NCBI GenBank assembly: GCA_027327085.1
Contig: DAHWAT010000001.1
Location: 3,867 to 67,866 of the forward strand
Direction: 5' to 3'
From: Candidatus Saccharimonadota bacterium
Lineage (GTDB): Bacteria > Patescibacteriota > Saccharimonadia > Saccharimonadales > UBA4665
Length of the DNA: 64,000 nt
This document shows positions 16,903-24,863 of this stretch, piece after piece. Below the pieces are notes generated by a model, which saw only the letters and a list, made by a program, of their open reading frames with translations, was not told the origin of the DNA and searched no databases. A program made the translations under genes and the position numbers. Every line of letters begins with the position of its first letter. Position 1 is the stretch's first letter.

Positions 16903-18185
16903 GTAAATACGTAAGCTTTGTCTTTAAAAACTACTATTTTGATCCGAATACCGGTTTATTAGATCTGGTTTATGGTTATGACGATGTACTTGAGTTTCAC
17001 GAAACCTACAAATTTAATTTTAAATTCCAAGCTTACGATGAAGCTATTTTGGATAGAGCCATCCAGCTGCTTTTTTTCCTGGCTGGTGTATCGTATTACA
17101 AACTTTACTTAAGCCCTAATATTAAAGTTGATAAGGGTAAAATTGACCAACAATTCGGTCTTTTTTTGAATAAAACGTACCAAAAGGGCCTAGGAGAATT
17201 TTTTTATGTTAACTCGCTTGATCCTAACAGCCAAATTAGCTTCCCAGTTAACAGCCCAGATTTTCAAGCTTTAGAGTTAAGTAATTTATCTGGTCAGTTA
17301 ATCGGTCTGGGTGGCGGTAAGGATAGTTTACTATCGGTAGAAGTTTTAAGAGATCTACAGAAAGTAGCAACCTGGAGTCTAAACCACCAAACTAAGCTTC
17401 AACCACTAGTCGATCAGGTTGGGCTAAATCATTTTTGGGTAGAAAGAACCTGGGATCCACTGATTATGCAGCTTAACCAGCAAGATGCCCTTAATGGGCA
17501 CATACCCATTTCGGCCATTTTTGCAGCTACTGGCGTTATTGTAGCTATCTTGAGCGGTTATAGGGAGGTTATAGTCTCTAATGAAAGTTCGGCTAGTGAA
17601 CCGAGTCTACTGTATGAAGGGGTGGCAATTAATCATCAATACTCTAAGTCCTTAGAATTTGAAAAGGATTTTCAAACTATCTTAACTGTTTTATTTGGTG
17701 ATAGTGTAGCCTACTATTCACTGCTTCGGCCTTTCAGTGAATTGAGAATTGCCGAATTTTTTGCCAGTTTTTTTGATAAATACAGCCCCTATTTCAGTAG
17801 TTGCAACCGAGCTTTCACCTTGCATCAAGATCATTTATTCTGGTGTGGCCAATGTCCAAAATGTGCTTTTGTGTTTTTGATACTAACACCATTTATTGAA
17901 CGCCTAAAACTGGAAAAACTATGGCATGGACACAATTTACTACTAGATGATTCGGTTAAGCCTACCTACCTAAAACTGCTTGGCATAGAGGGCGATAAGC
18001 CCCTGGATTGCGTTGGCGAAGTTAAAGAAGCTCGAACGGCCATGCGTTTAGCTACAAACATTTACCCCGAGCTGAAACAGTATCATTTCGATATACCCCC
18101 AGATTATGATTACAAAGCATGGCACGAACACGCTATGCCTCAAGCTATGTACGATCTATTAAAAAGTCGTTTTGGGAATTTATGA
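16899..18185 (+). CDS. PP-loop (SGGKDS-like) ATP-pyrophosphatase-fold protein, candidate MurL-type UDP-MurNAc-L-Ala-L-Glu epimerase
   Basis: ATGA start/stop overlap with murD. GLGGGKDSLLS PP-loop motif and a downstream Cys cluster CGQCPKC. The functional call rests on synteny only. Confidence 0.4.
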   Translation: MSKYVSFVFKNYYFDPNTGLLDLVYGYDDVLEFHETYKFNFKFQAYDEAILDRAIQLLFFLAGVSYYKLYLSPNIKVDKGKIDQQFGLFLNKTYQKGLGEFFYVNSLDPNSQISFPVNSPDFQALELSNLSGQLIGLGGGKDSLLSVEVLRDLQKVATWSLNHQTKLQPLVDQVGLNHFWVERTWDPLIMQLNQQDALNGHIPISAIFAATGVIVAILSGYREVIVSNESSASEPSLLYEGVAINHQYSKSLEFEKDFQTILTVLFGDSVAYYSLLRPFSELRIAEFFASFFDKYSPYFSSCNRAFTLHQDHLFWCGQCPKCAFVFLILTPFIERLKLEKLWHGHNLLLDDSVKPTYLKLLGIEGDKPLDCVGEVKEARTAMRLATNIYPELKQYHFDIPPDYDYKAWHEHAMPQAMYDLLKSRFGNL

Positions 18186-18992
18186 TTCAAGCTGTTTTTG
18201 GCAGGCACGTATAACATTTTCAAACAGAGCGCAAACCGTTAAAGGGCCGACTCCTCCCTTTAGGGGAGTAATTGTTAAATCGTCTCTTGTGTCATAAACA
18301 CTAACATCTACATCGCCAAATATCTTAGCTTCTTCACTGGCTACACCGGCATCAACAACAATAGCCCCCGGCTTTAACATATCTGAGGTTATGAGACCTT
18401 TGGTCCCTGTAGCAGTAATAATTAAATCGGCCTGTAGGCTTAGGCTTTTTAAATTTTGAGTGCTTTTATCGGCTACCGTTGGTTCTATGCCTGAACTATT
18501 AAGTATTTTGAGCAAAGGGGCGCCGACGAGTTTACCTTGTCCCACAAGTAGAATATTTTTATTGTTGAGCTCAATATTGTAACCACCAAGTAGCCAAAGT
18601 ATCGCCATAGGCGTAGCTGATTCAAACTCTGATTTTAAACTTAAGCCATCAACGTCCTTAGATGGGTTAATGAGGTTAATTATTTGATCGGTTTCAAGCG
18701 GGTTAGCGAGAGGCAATTGTATAATAATGGCTTGTACTTTACTAGACTGATTTAGTTGTTTAAGGGTTTCGTTTACTTGTTCTTGTTGAATTTTATAGAC
18801 GTCTACATCGACTAGTATGTCCTGACCATAAGCCTGTTTAAGACGAACATAAGTTTCTATAGCAGGATGATCAATCGTAACTATTATTGCTAATTTTGGG
18901 TATATATTAAAAGCTTGTCTTAAAGATCTTACCTGTTTAGCTTGACGTTCTTTAATATACCCGGCAAGTTCCAGGCCATTTAATAATTTCAT
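18180..18992 (-). CDS. folD: bifunctional methylenetetrahydrofolate dehydrogenase/cyclohydrolase
   Basis: MKLLNGLELAGYIKERQ N-terminus, VGQGKLVGAPL Rossmann motif and GGVGPLTVCALFENV. Confidence 0.88.
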   Translation of the reverse strand: MKLLNGLELAGYIKERQAKQVRSLRQAFNIYPKLAIIVTIDHPAIETYVRLKQAYGQDILVDVDVYKIQQEQVNETLKQLNQSSKVQAIIIQLPLANPLETDQIINLINPSKDVDGLSLKSEFESATPMAILWLLGGYNIELNNKNILLVGQGKLVGAPLLKILNSSGIEPTVADKSTQNLKSLSLQADLIITATGTKGLITSDMLKPGAIVVDAGVASEEAKIFGDVDVSVYDTRDDLTITPLKGGVGPLTVCALFENVIRACQKQLES

Positions 18993-19067
18993 TTTGTTAA
19001 AATTATATACTAGGTAGTCTTATCTTGCCAAAACAGGCCTATTTTGATACTGTTTTTTGGTAGTTAT

Positions 19068-19144
19068 GGGCCAGTAGCTCAGCTGGTTAGAGCACCTGCC
19101 TCTTAAGCAGGGTGTCGAGGGTTCAAGTCCCTCCTGGCCCTCCA
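19068..19144 (+). tRNA. tRNA-Lys (anticodon CUU), CCA encoded
   Basis: GGGCCAG/CTGGCCC acceptor, GCTC..GAGC D arm, CCTGC-CTCTTAA-GCAGG anticodon arm and GAGGG-TTCAAGT-CCCTC T arm, then T-CCA. Confidence 0.92.
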
Positions 19145-19153
19145 ATAAATATA

Positions 19154-19182
19154 TTGACTAACTTAGTCCGTTTTGCTATTAT
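19154..19182 (+). promoter_or_regulatory. sigma70-like promoter of phd/vapC (TTGACT-N17-TATTAT), probably leaderless mRNA
   Basis: TTGACT at 19154-19159 and TATTAT at 19177-19182. The ATG at 19189 is only 6 nt after the -10 box, and there is no SD sequence. Confidence 0.5.
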
Positions 19183-19188
19183 TAACTT

Positions 19189-19425
19189 ATGTCAGATGTA
19201 ATAAACGTTCACGACCTCAAGACAAATTATTCTAAGTATCTAGACAAGGTTGCTAGTGGCCAGGAAATACTACTTGGCAAACACGGCAAGATTGTTGCTA
19301 AGATTGTTCCCTTGGCTCAAGCTCAACAACCACGAGTACCTGGTGCTCTTAAGGGTAAAATTTGGGCAAGTGATGACTTCGACGCTCCAATGATTGGTCT
19401 CTGGGATACAGTAAAGGCCAAGTAG
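19189..19425 (+). CDS. Phd/YefM-type antitoxin (VapB partner)
   Basis: 78 aa. The N-terminus INVHDLKTNYSKYLDKVASGQEILLGKHGKIVAKIVPL is typical of prevent-host-death antitoxins. A PIN toxin follows 1 nt later. Confidence 0.8.
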   Translation: MSDVINVHDLKTNYSKYLDKVASGQEILLGKHGKIVAKIVPLAQAQQPRVPGALKGKIWASDDFDAPMIGLWDTVKAK

Positions 19426-19426
19426 A

Positions 19427-19825
19427 GTGGTTATTCTTTTAGATACCAACGCTTTTATATGGTGGGTGTCTGATGATAAACGTTTAGGCACAAGAGCACG
19501 AGGAGTTATAGCAAACCCTTCAAATAAAGTCTATGTATCAAATCTAAGCATATTTGAATGTAGCATTAAGGTTAGGCTGGGTAAATTAGAAATAGAGTTT
19601 AGTGATGTTGATAAAGAAATTTCTGAAGGCAGGCTTTTAGAGCTAAGATACGACACGTTGGCTGCAAGACAATTTGTGAAGCAGAAAAATATGCCTCAAG
19701 CAGATCCATTCGACTTTGCTATTACTGCTCTGGCGATTTCTAGGCACATGACACTCATAACAAGCGATGGCAATATCCTTAACTCAGGATTAGATGGGCT
19801 TAATATCATAGATGCACAAACTTGA
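19427..19825 (+). CDS. vapC: PIN-domain toxin VapC
   Basis: GTG start. ILLDTNAFIWW (first acidic PIN residue) and ...ITSDGNIL near the C-terminus; 132 aa. Confidence 0.8.
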   Translation: MVILLDTNAFIWWVSDDKRLGTRARGVIANPSNKVYVSNLSIFECSIKVRLGKLEIEFSDVDKEISEGRLLELRYDTLAARQFVKQKNMPQADPFDFAITALAISRHMTLITSDGNILNSGLDGLNIIDAQT

Positions 19826-19843
19826 TCCGAAGTTCTTTATTTC

Positions 19844-19873
19844 AGTTGCGATAGCGTGCACGGTGGCCCTCCA
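19844..19873 (+). repeat. cassette-end repeat R1 (ends in the last 10 nt of tRNA-Lys)
   Basis: AGTTGCGATAGCGTGCACGGTGGCCCTCCA. TGGCCCTCCA is identical to tRNA-Lys 19135-19144. Confidence 0.8.
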
Positions 19874-19928
19874 TAACGCTTATGTTTAAACTCTGTTTCA
19901 AGGAGTTTTTTATTGTTAAGATGTACTT

Positions 19929-20459
19929 ATGAAAACAGTCTTTCTTGACCGAGATGGCACACTAATAGTTGACCCCGCTGATGAGCGTGTAGATAGTATT
20001 GAAAAAATAGAATTATTCCCGGATAGCATAGAAGCACTTAGATATTTAGCTGACAATGACTTTAACGTAGTTATTATCACTAACCAAGCAGGTATTGCCG
20101 AAGGACGAATTAGCGAAGAAGACTTTTGGAAAATACACTCTGTAGTATTAGATAAATTCTCAGAAAGTGGAATTCATATACTTAAAACGTATATGAATAA
20201 TGAAGCGCCTGGAGCAATAAGTGATTTGCGTAAACCCGCACCGGGTATGTTATTACAAGCTGCTAAAGATTTTAATTTAAACCTATCTGAAATATATATG
20301 GTTGGCGATAGTCAATCTGACATACTAGCAGGGATAAATGCGGGTTGTAAGGGCAGTATTTTAGTTAAGACAGCTCCAAATCACGACGTTATCTCGCCGG
20401 ACGCAATATACACAGCTCGTGATTTATTAGAAGCTGTTGTGTTTGTTGTTGAAAACTGA
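19929..20459 (+). CDS. HAD-IIIA phosphatase, GmhB/histidinol-phosphatase-like
   Basis: VFLDRDGTL (DxD nucleophile), ITNQAGI, RKPAPGM and VGDSQSDILAG motifs. Confidence 0.8.
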   Translation: MKTVFLDRDGTLIVDPADERVDSIEKIELFPDSIEALRYLADNDFNVVIITNQAGIAEGRISEEDFWKIHSVVLDKFSESGIHILKTYMNNEAPGAISDLRKPAPGMLLQAAKDFNLNLSEIYMVGDSQSDILAGINAGCKGSILVKTAPNHDVISPDAIYTARDLLEAVVFVVEN

Positions 20460-20464
20460 ATTGT

Positions 20465-20494
20465 AGTTGCGATAGCATCTACGATGGCCCTCCA
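20465..20494 (+). repeat. cassette-end repeat R2
   Basis: AGTTGCGATAGCATCTACGATGGCCCTCCA is 26/30 identical to R1. It has the same 10-nt tRNA-Lys terminus. Confidence 0.8.
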
Positions 20495-20510
20495 AGTATA
20501 AGCAATATAA

Positions 20511-20533
20511 AAAACTTCTTCGGGAGTTTTTTT
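20511..20533 (+). terminator. hairpin with TTCG loop and T-run after R2
   Basis: AAAACTTC-TTCG-GGAGTTTT followed by TTT. A related but weaker hairpin (AAACTC...GAGTTT + T5) sits at 19888-19910 after R1. Confidence 0.5.
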
Positions 20534-20545
20534 AGATTTAGCCAG

Positions 20546-20583
20546 TTGACACGATATACTACAGGTAATATACTCTGTAGTAT
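20546..20583 (+). promoter_or_regulatory. promoter TTGACA-N17-TATACT overlapped by a 9-bp perfect inverted repeat (operator) of the relB/dinJ-like operon
   Basis: TTGACA at 20546-20551 and TATACT at 20569-20574. ATACTACAG (20556-20564) pairs with CTGTAGTAT (20575-20583), and the second arm overlaps the ATG. Confidence 0.6.
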
Positions 20584-20851
20584 GAATACAGTCATAAGCG
20601 TAAGAATCGATAAAGACGTAAAAGCTTCTGCTCAGGAAGTGGCCAATAGCGCCGGGCTCACTCTGAGCACACTAGTTAACGCTTACCTGCGGCAAGTATC
20701 AGCCACTCGTCGTATTGAGCTGTATGCTCCTGAACAAATGACTCCTAAGTTAGAGAAACTCATAGAAGAGGTTGAAGCTGAGCTTAAGGGGGGTAAAGCA
20801 AGCAAAGAGTTTGATAGTGTCGAAGAGTTTCTCGCTGACCTTAAAAAATAG
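20582..20851 (+). CDS. RelB/DinJ-family antitoxin
   Basis: The internal ATG at 20582 gives MNTVISVRIDKDVKASAQEVANSAGLTLSTLVNAYLRQV, a ribbon-helix-helix DinJ/RelB pattern. The track start at 20546 coincides with the -35 box. Confidence 0.75.
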   Translation: MNTVISVRIDKDVKASAQEVANSAGLTLSTLVNAYLRQVSATRRIELYAPEQMTPKLEKLIEEVEAELKGGKASKEFDSVEEFLADLKK

Positions 20852-20855
20852 AGCT

Positions 20856-21116
20856 ATGACTATTCGCTATTTGCCCAAGTTCAAAAAGCAGTATAAAAAA
20901 CTACCTCATAAACTACAGCTGCAATTTGATGAGCGAGTACGATTATTTGCTTTAGATCCCACACTACCAATGCTTAAGGTTCATCCGCTTAAAGGCAAAT
21001 ATAAAGGTTATTGGAGCATGAGTGTAAGTGGGGATATTCGGGCACTATATATAATGGATGGGGATACGATAGTTATTTTTGCACTTATAGGTTCGCATAG
21101 CCAATTGTACGGTTGA
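20856..21116 (+). CDS. RelE/YafQ-type mRNA-interferase toxin
   Basis: The ATG at 20856 gives MTIRYLPKFKKQYKKLP...LKVHPLKGKYKGYWSMSVSGDIRALY...IFALIGSHSQLY. The track start at 20772 overlaps the antitoxin. Confidence 0.75.
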   Translation: MTIRYLPKFKKQYKKLPHKLQLQFDERVRLFALDPTLPMLKVHPLKGKYKGYWSMSVSGDIRALYIMDGDTIVIFALIGSHSQLYG

Positions 21117-21136
21117 GCTTAATCAAAGTTATGATA

Positions 21137-21175
21137 GCTAGAAATCACTACGATAGAACCGTCCAATAATGTCAC
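21137..21175 (+). repeat. degenerate third copy (R3) of the cassette-end repeat
   Basis: AGTTATGATAGCTAGAAATCACTACGATAGAACCGTCCA aligns with R2 through AGTT..GATAGC, CTACGAT and TCCA blocks, with an 8-nt insertion. Confidence 0.45.
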
Positions 21176-21302
21176 GCCTCTTTAATATTTCATCCAACAT
21201 GGGCATTGTCATTAGGCCTATGCAGTCTCCTAACTACTGCACGCCCTGTTTTCCTACTTATAACTCCCCTGTTATGGAGAGTTTGTTTGATATACTGTTG
21301 CT

Positions 21303-21644
21303 ATGAAAGTTGTCAAAAGTATAAGTGTGTCCGAGTTGTCTGAAATGGCCGAGCAAATGTATGGCAGCTTGGTGAAAGCTGATATCGATATCGTCAAAAA
21401 TATTTTTATCATTGATATGGGCATGCATGCAGATGGTGAGGCATACCTTCTTGAAAACGGTTCCGATCAAAAAGATATTTGGGGTATAAACTTGCATCCT
21501 TCTGAGTACGGAACTGACGATTTCATAGAGTTTGAGTCTATGATTAATATACGGCCCAGGCAAGGCAATACTTCGACAAATATCCTAGACCCGAAGGTTA
21601 GGCAACAAGTTATTGCAATCGTGGAAGAGGTTGTCCATGATTGA
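21303..21644 (+). CDS. small conserved hypothetical protein (I recall similar CPR proteins as DUF5674-type; unverified)
   Basis: 113 aa. Preferred over the antisense ORF 21258-21563 because of its coding-like composition and its 8-nt overlap with the next same-strand ORF. Confidence 0.45.
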   Translation: MKVVKSISVSELSEMAEQMYGSLVKADIDIVKNIFIIDMGMHADGEAYLLENGSDQKDIWGINLHPSEYGTDDFIEFESMINIRPRQGNTSTNILDPKVRQQVIAIVEEVVHD

Positions 21645-21957
21645 GCATAGATTTGACGCTAAGAAATGGGCTGAGATGAGTCTGTTCGATCAGATGGGTA
21701 ATATTGGTTTAGAGGTCAAACGTGCCCTAAACGCCAAACGTCAAGGCAAGACTAAACAATCTCAAGCTGCCTTTTATCGCGGGCTAGACTTAATCGACGA
21801 AACTGCACGACTTTGGGCAATTAAACAACAAGCTGGCTTAAAGGAACTCTTGTACGCACGAGAGCTATTTGCAGAGTCAATAACAACCAGCAAAATTGAT
21901 CCAACTTTAGAAACCTATTTTATGCAGTACGCTATTGCCGCTAGGCTTAAGCGATAA
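21637..21957 (+). CDS. hypothetical helical protein, translationally coupled to the previous ORF
   Basis: The ATG at 21637 overlaps the upstream stop (ATGATTGA). The protein is 106 aa with no recognisable motif. Confidence 0.4.
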   Translation: MIEHRFDAKKWAEMSLFDQMGNIGLEVKRALNAKRQGKTKQSQAAFYRGLDLIDETARLWAIKQQAGLKELLYARELFAESITTSKIDPTLETYFMQYAIAARLKR

Positions 21958-22280
21958 CTTCACTATAGGTAGTAACGTCTATGTTGATCTTCATTGGTTG
22001 CAGGATAAGAATTAGCCTTTAAGTTAGTGGTTGAGGTAAAGGTAGCGGCTGCAATTTACATATTGTTTGCGTTTATTGGCACGGCTTTTGCCGGATTGCT
22101 TAATATGCCTCTATCTTTTATTTATCAGTCTAAACAAATAGCTTTTTAGCTATATAGGAACATCAGAAGAAGGTTTTTGTTTTCAGTACGTAAAAGCCTG
22201 CTCTTAAGTTAAACTAGCACCATACTAGGCATAATTAAGGCATATAAATAGGGGGCTATGTAGCTCTAATTTAGACTCGC

Positions 22281-22556
22281 CTATTTCGTATTGCGTAAAG
22301 CTTTAGCTTGCTGAGATTGCTTGATTTGCCTATATTTTTGAATAGCTAAAATTGACCAAAATACAAAATTTAAAAAGGCCGATATAGCCGCTATCGGTAG
22401 GCTCATAGTCGTATATGTAACCGCGATACTGAGCGCAACAAGACCGGTAATAATCGATGTCCAGATCTCTGGTTTATCGCTGCTAAATACTGATGGCAAA
22501 AGTGCCACAATAAACACCACCTGGCCCAGTGCAAGTACGGTTTGTTGCCAATGCAT
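22281..22556 (-). CDS. small integral membrane protein (3 predicted helices)
   Basis: 91 aa, hydrophobic throughout, with a basic C-terminus. Confidence 0.45.
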   Translation of the reverse strand: MHWQQTVLALGQVVFIVALLPSVFSSDKPEIWTSIITGLVALSIAVTYTTMSLPIAAISAFLNFVFWSILAIQKYRQIKQSQQAKALRNTK

Positions 22557-22630
22557 GTTAATAAGTATAGCCTATGCCGTTTGTGTTATGCCAACCTGGC
22601 TGTTATCATACTGTCGGATAAGCAGCAATC

Positions 22631-23413
22631 ATGGAGATAACATTAACCGGTAAACGAGCGCTAGTGACTGGAGGCAATTCAGGCATCGGTGCAGCCATTG
22701 CCCTGGAGCTAGCCAAGGCAGGCGCTAAAGTAGCAATTAACTACGTTAGTCACCCTGAAATTGCCGAACAAATAGTGCATGATATACAAAATAGTGGTGG
22801 CGAAGCAATCAGCATTGAAGCCGATGTATCAAGTTACGATTTAGTTGCTAAGATGTTCACAACGCTTGATGAAGCCTGGGGAGGTATCGACATTCTTATC
22901 AACAATGCCGGAATAGACGGAGTAAAAGCCGATAGCTGGGATGTAGAGATTAAGGATTGGGAAACAGTAATGAACATTAACTTGATGGGCAACTTTTACT
23001 GCGCCCGTCAGGCGTTAAAGCGAATGGTCCCCCAAAAGAGCGGGGTTATCCTAAGCACTTCTTCGGTCCATGAACTGATTGCCTGGACTGGCCACAGCGC
23101 TTATACCACCAGCAAGGCCGGCATAAGTATGTTGACTAAAACGCTGGCTCAGGAAGCCGCACCATACAATGTTCGAGTTCTGGCTTTAGCACCAGGCGCT
23201 ATCAAGACAACCATTAACCAGAATGTCTGGAATAACCAGGCAGGCTTGGATGACTTGCTAGAAAAAATTCCACTGCATCGTATTGGTGAGCCAGAAGAAG
23301 TCGCACGTATGGCGGTAGTATTAGTAAGTGATGTAGCATCTTATGTAACTGGGCGCACAATATTCGTTGATGGCGGCATGACTGATTACCCGGATTTTGC
23401 ACACGGCGGTTAA
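22631..23413 (+). CDS. SDR-family oxidoreductase (FabG/glucose-1-dehydrogenase-like)
   Basis: TGGNSGIGAAIA, NNAG, and the catalytic S...YTTSK triad. Confidence 0.85.
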   Translation: MEITLTGKRALVTGGNSGIGAAIALELAKAGAKVAINYVSHPEIAEQIVHDIQNSGGEAISIEADVSSYDLVAKMFTTLDEAWGGIDILINNAGIDGVKADSWDVEIKDWETVMNINLMGNFYCARQALKRMVPQKSGVILSTSSVHELIAWTGHSAYTTSKAGISMLTKTLAQEAAPYNVRVLALAPGAIKTTINQNVWNNQAGLDDLLEKIPLHRIGEPEEVARMAVVLVSDVASYVTGRTIFVDGGMTDYPDFAHGG

Positions 23414-23500
23414 GCTATCAGTTACTTGGGTTAAATACTAGACAGTCTAATTTCTCTGAAGTAATATATTTATGTTGATTAATATACAAAGGAATAAATC

Positions 23501-24052
23501 ATGGCAAAAACAGACAGAAAAATAATAGATAAAGTATTTGTACTGCTTGGCGTAGTAATGGCAGTGGTGCTGGTCATAATTGGCGGATTAGCTTGGAAAG
23601 CTAGTTCCTTTGCCAAGTCCAGTGTTGAGACGCAATTGAAATCTCAGCAAATATTCTTCCCTCCAAAGGGTAGCGCTGCCATCGCTGAACTACCTGCCAA
23701 CGACCAAAAACAGATGAATAAGTATGCTGGCCAGCAGCTTGTTAACGGCACTCAGGCAAAAGTTTATGCAGATAATTTTATTGCTTATCACTTAACTAAA
23801 GTTGCGGATGGACAGACCTATGCTCAAGTCAGTAACGAAGCTTTAGCTAACCCAACCAACAGCCAATTAAAGGCTGAAGAGCAAACTTTGTTCCAGGGAG
23901 AGACTTTACGTGGGTTGCTTCTTGGTGATGGATATTCATACTGGACCTTTGGCCAGATAGCTGAATGGGTATCGATTACAGCTTTTGTAGGTGCAGTTGT
24001 TATGGCTATACTGGTTTTAATCGGGGTTGGACGTCTTTCAAAAGCAAAATAG
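23501..24052 (+). CDS. membrane-anchored hypothetical protein (N- and C-terminal TM helices)
   Basis: Hydrophobic segments at residues about 12-33 and 155-178. No motif recognised. Confidence 0.5.
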   Translation: MAKTDRKIIDKVFVLLGVVMAVVLVIIGGLAWKASSFAKSSVETQLKSQQIFFPPKGSAAIAELPANDQKQMNKYAGQQLVNGTQAKVYADNFIAYHLTKVADGQTYAQVSNEALANPTNSQLKAEEQTLFQGETLRGLLLGDGYSYWTFGQIAEWVSITAFVGAVVMAILVLIGVGRLSKAK

Positions 24053-24181
24053 TTTTTGGTGTCTTGTTAATCAAGCTATCAACAGATAACCTAAAATCAG
24101 TTTAAATTTTTGCTACACTTTAATTTTAGTGTGCCTAAATTAAAAATGTGTTTGTCAAAAAAAGTATGCTTAAATAATACT

Positions 24182-24664
24182 ATGAGCGTCTTAAAACCAA
24201 ACGATAATGTCATACACCCCAATAAACTACTCCAAAGAGACTTAAACGGCCTTAATAAAATTAATAGCGAGGTAGCCGTTAAGATTACTAAGGGAATAGG
24301 TTCAATGTGGACAGCTTACATATTCGTTTTACTAACGTTTGTTTCCCTACCCGCAGTCTTATCGGGTGTCTTTCCAGCGCTTCAACACACCTTCCCCACT
24401 TGGCTTATTTCAGCCAGTTTAATTGCTTTAATCTCTTGGATAGCCCAAACCTTTTTCCAGCTAGTTTTATTACCAGTAATTATGGTAGGTCAAAACGTGA
24501 TTCAGCAACAGCAAGACGCTAAAGCTGAAACCGACCATAAGACTCTTACCTACCTGGCTAACTTACAGGAAAAACAGATGGAAGAACTGCAAAGCCAAGC
24601 TTTAGAGCTAAAGAATCAGACCAAAATACTAGAACTGCTTAAGCAAAAGATTAAGGCCGACTAG
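24182..24664 (+). CDS. two-TM membrane protein with C-terminal coiled coil (DUF1003-like, tentative)
   Basis: The internal ATG at 24182 is preferred. It has two TM helices, the VGQNVIQQQQDAKAE segment, and a coiled-coil tail. Confidence 0.4.
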   Translation: MSVLKPNDNVIHPNKLLQRDLNGLNKINSEVAVKITKGIGSMWTAYIFVLLTFVSLPAVLSGVFPALQHTFPTWLISASLIALISWIAQTFFQLVLLPVIMVGQNVIQQQQDAKAETDHKTLTYLANLQEKQMEELQSQALELKNQTKILELLKQKIKAD

Positions 24665-24863
24665 CTGTCTCGTCTAAAATTAGTCAAGCTATTTTTTAAC
24701 GGTTTTAAAGCTCTGGTTTATTGAGAACTAAGCCGATTGGTTTATGGATGTAAAAGCAAACTATAATTATGTGTTTGTTATTGTCAGTTATATTTATACT
24801 TGACAGAATATATGCTTAAGCTTAAAGTTTGAAATATAATAATTTAAAAGGATATTAAAGGTC

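Noticed and set aside
19844-20533. Classical integron attC sites at the cassette ends
   Set aside because: The repeat units do not show the R''/L''...L'/R' imperfect palindrome. They also lack a GTTRRRY core at the expected boundary. Only a functional analogy is retained, and a formal HattCI/IntegronFinder scan would be needed.
20546-20856. Longer track starts for the RelB-like (20546) and RelE-like (20772) ORFs
   Set aside because: 20546 is the TTGACA -35 box itself. The 20772 start would overlap the antitoxin gene by 80 nt. Internal ATGs at 20582 and 20856 give canonical family N-termini.
21258-21563. Minus-strand 101-aa ORF antisense to 21303-21644
   Set aside because: The plus-strand ORF is coupled to the next gene and fits the co-directional cassette array. 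The minus-strand ORF has no RBS, and its product looks like typical antisense noise rich in I/L/F/H.
22040-22170. About 40-codon GTG-initiated hydrophobic ORF (VVEVKVAAAIYILFAFIGTAFAGLLNMPLSFIYQSKQIAF) in the gap after the cassette array
   Set aside because: It has no RBS and is very short, so it could equally be a remnant of a membrane-protein gene. It cannot be supported.
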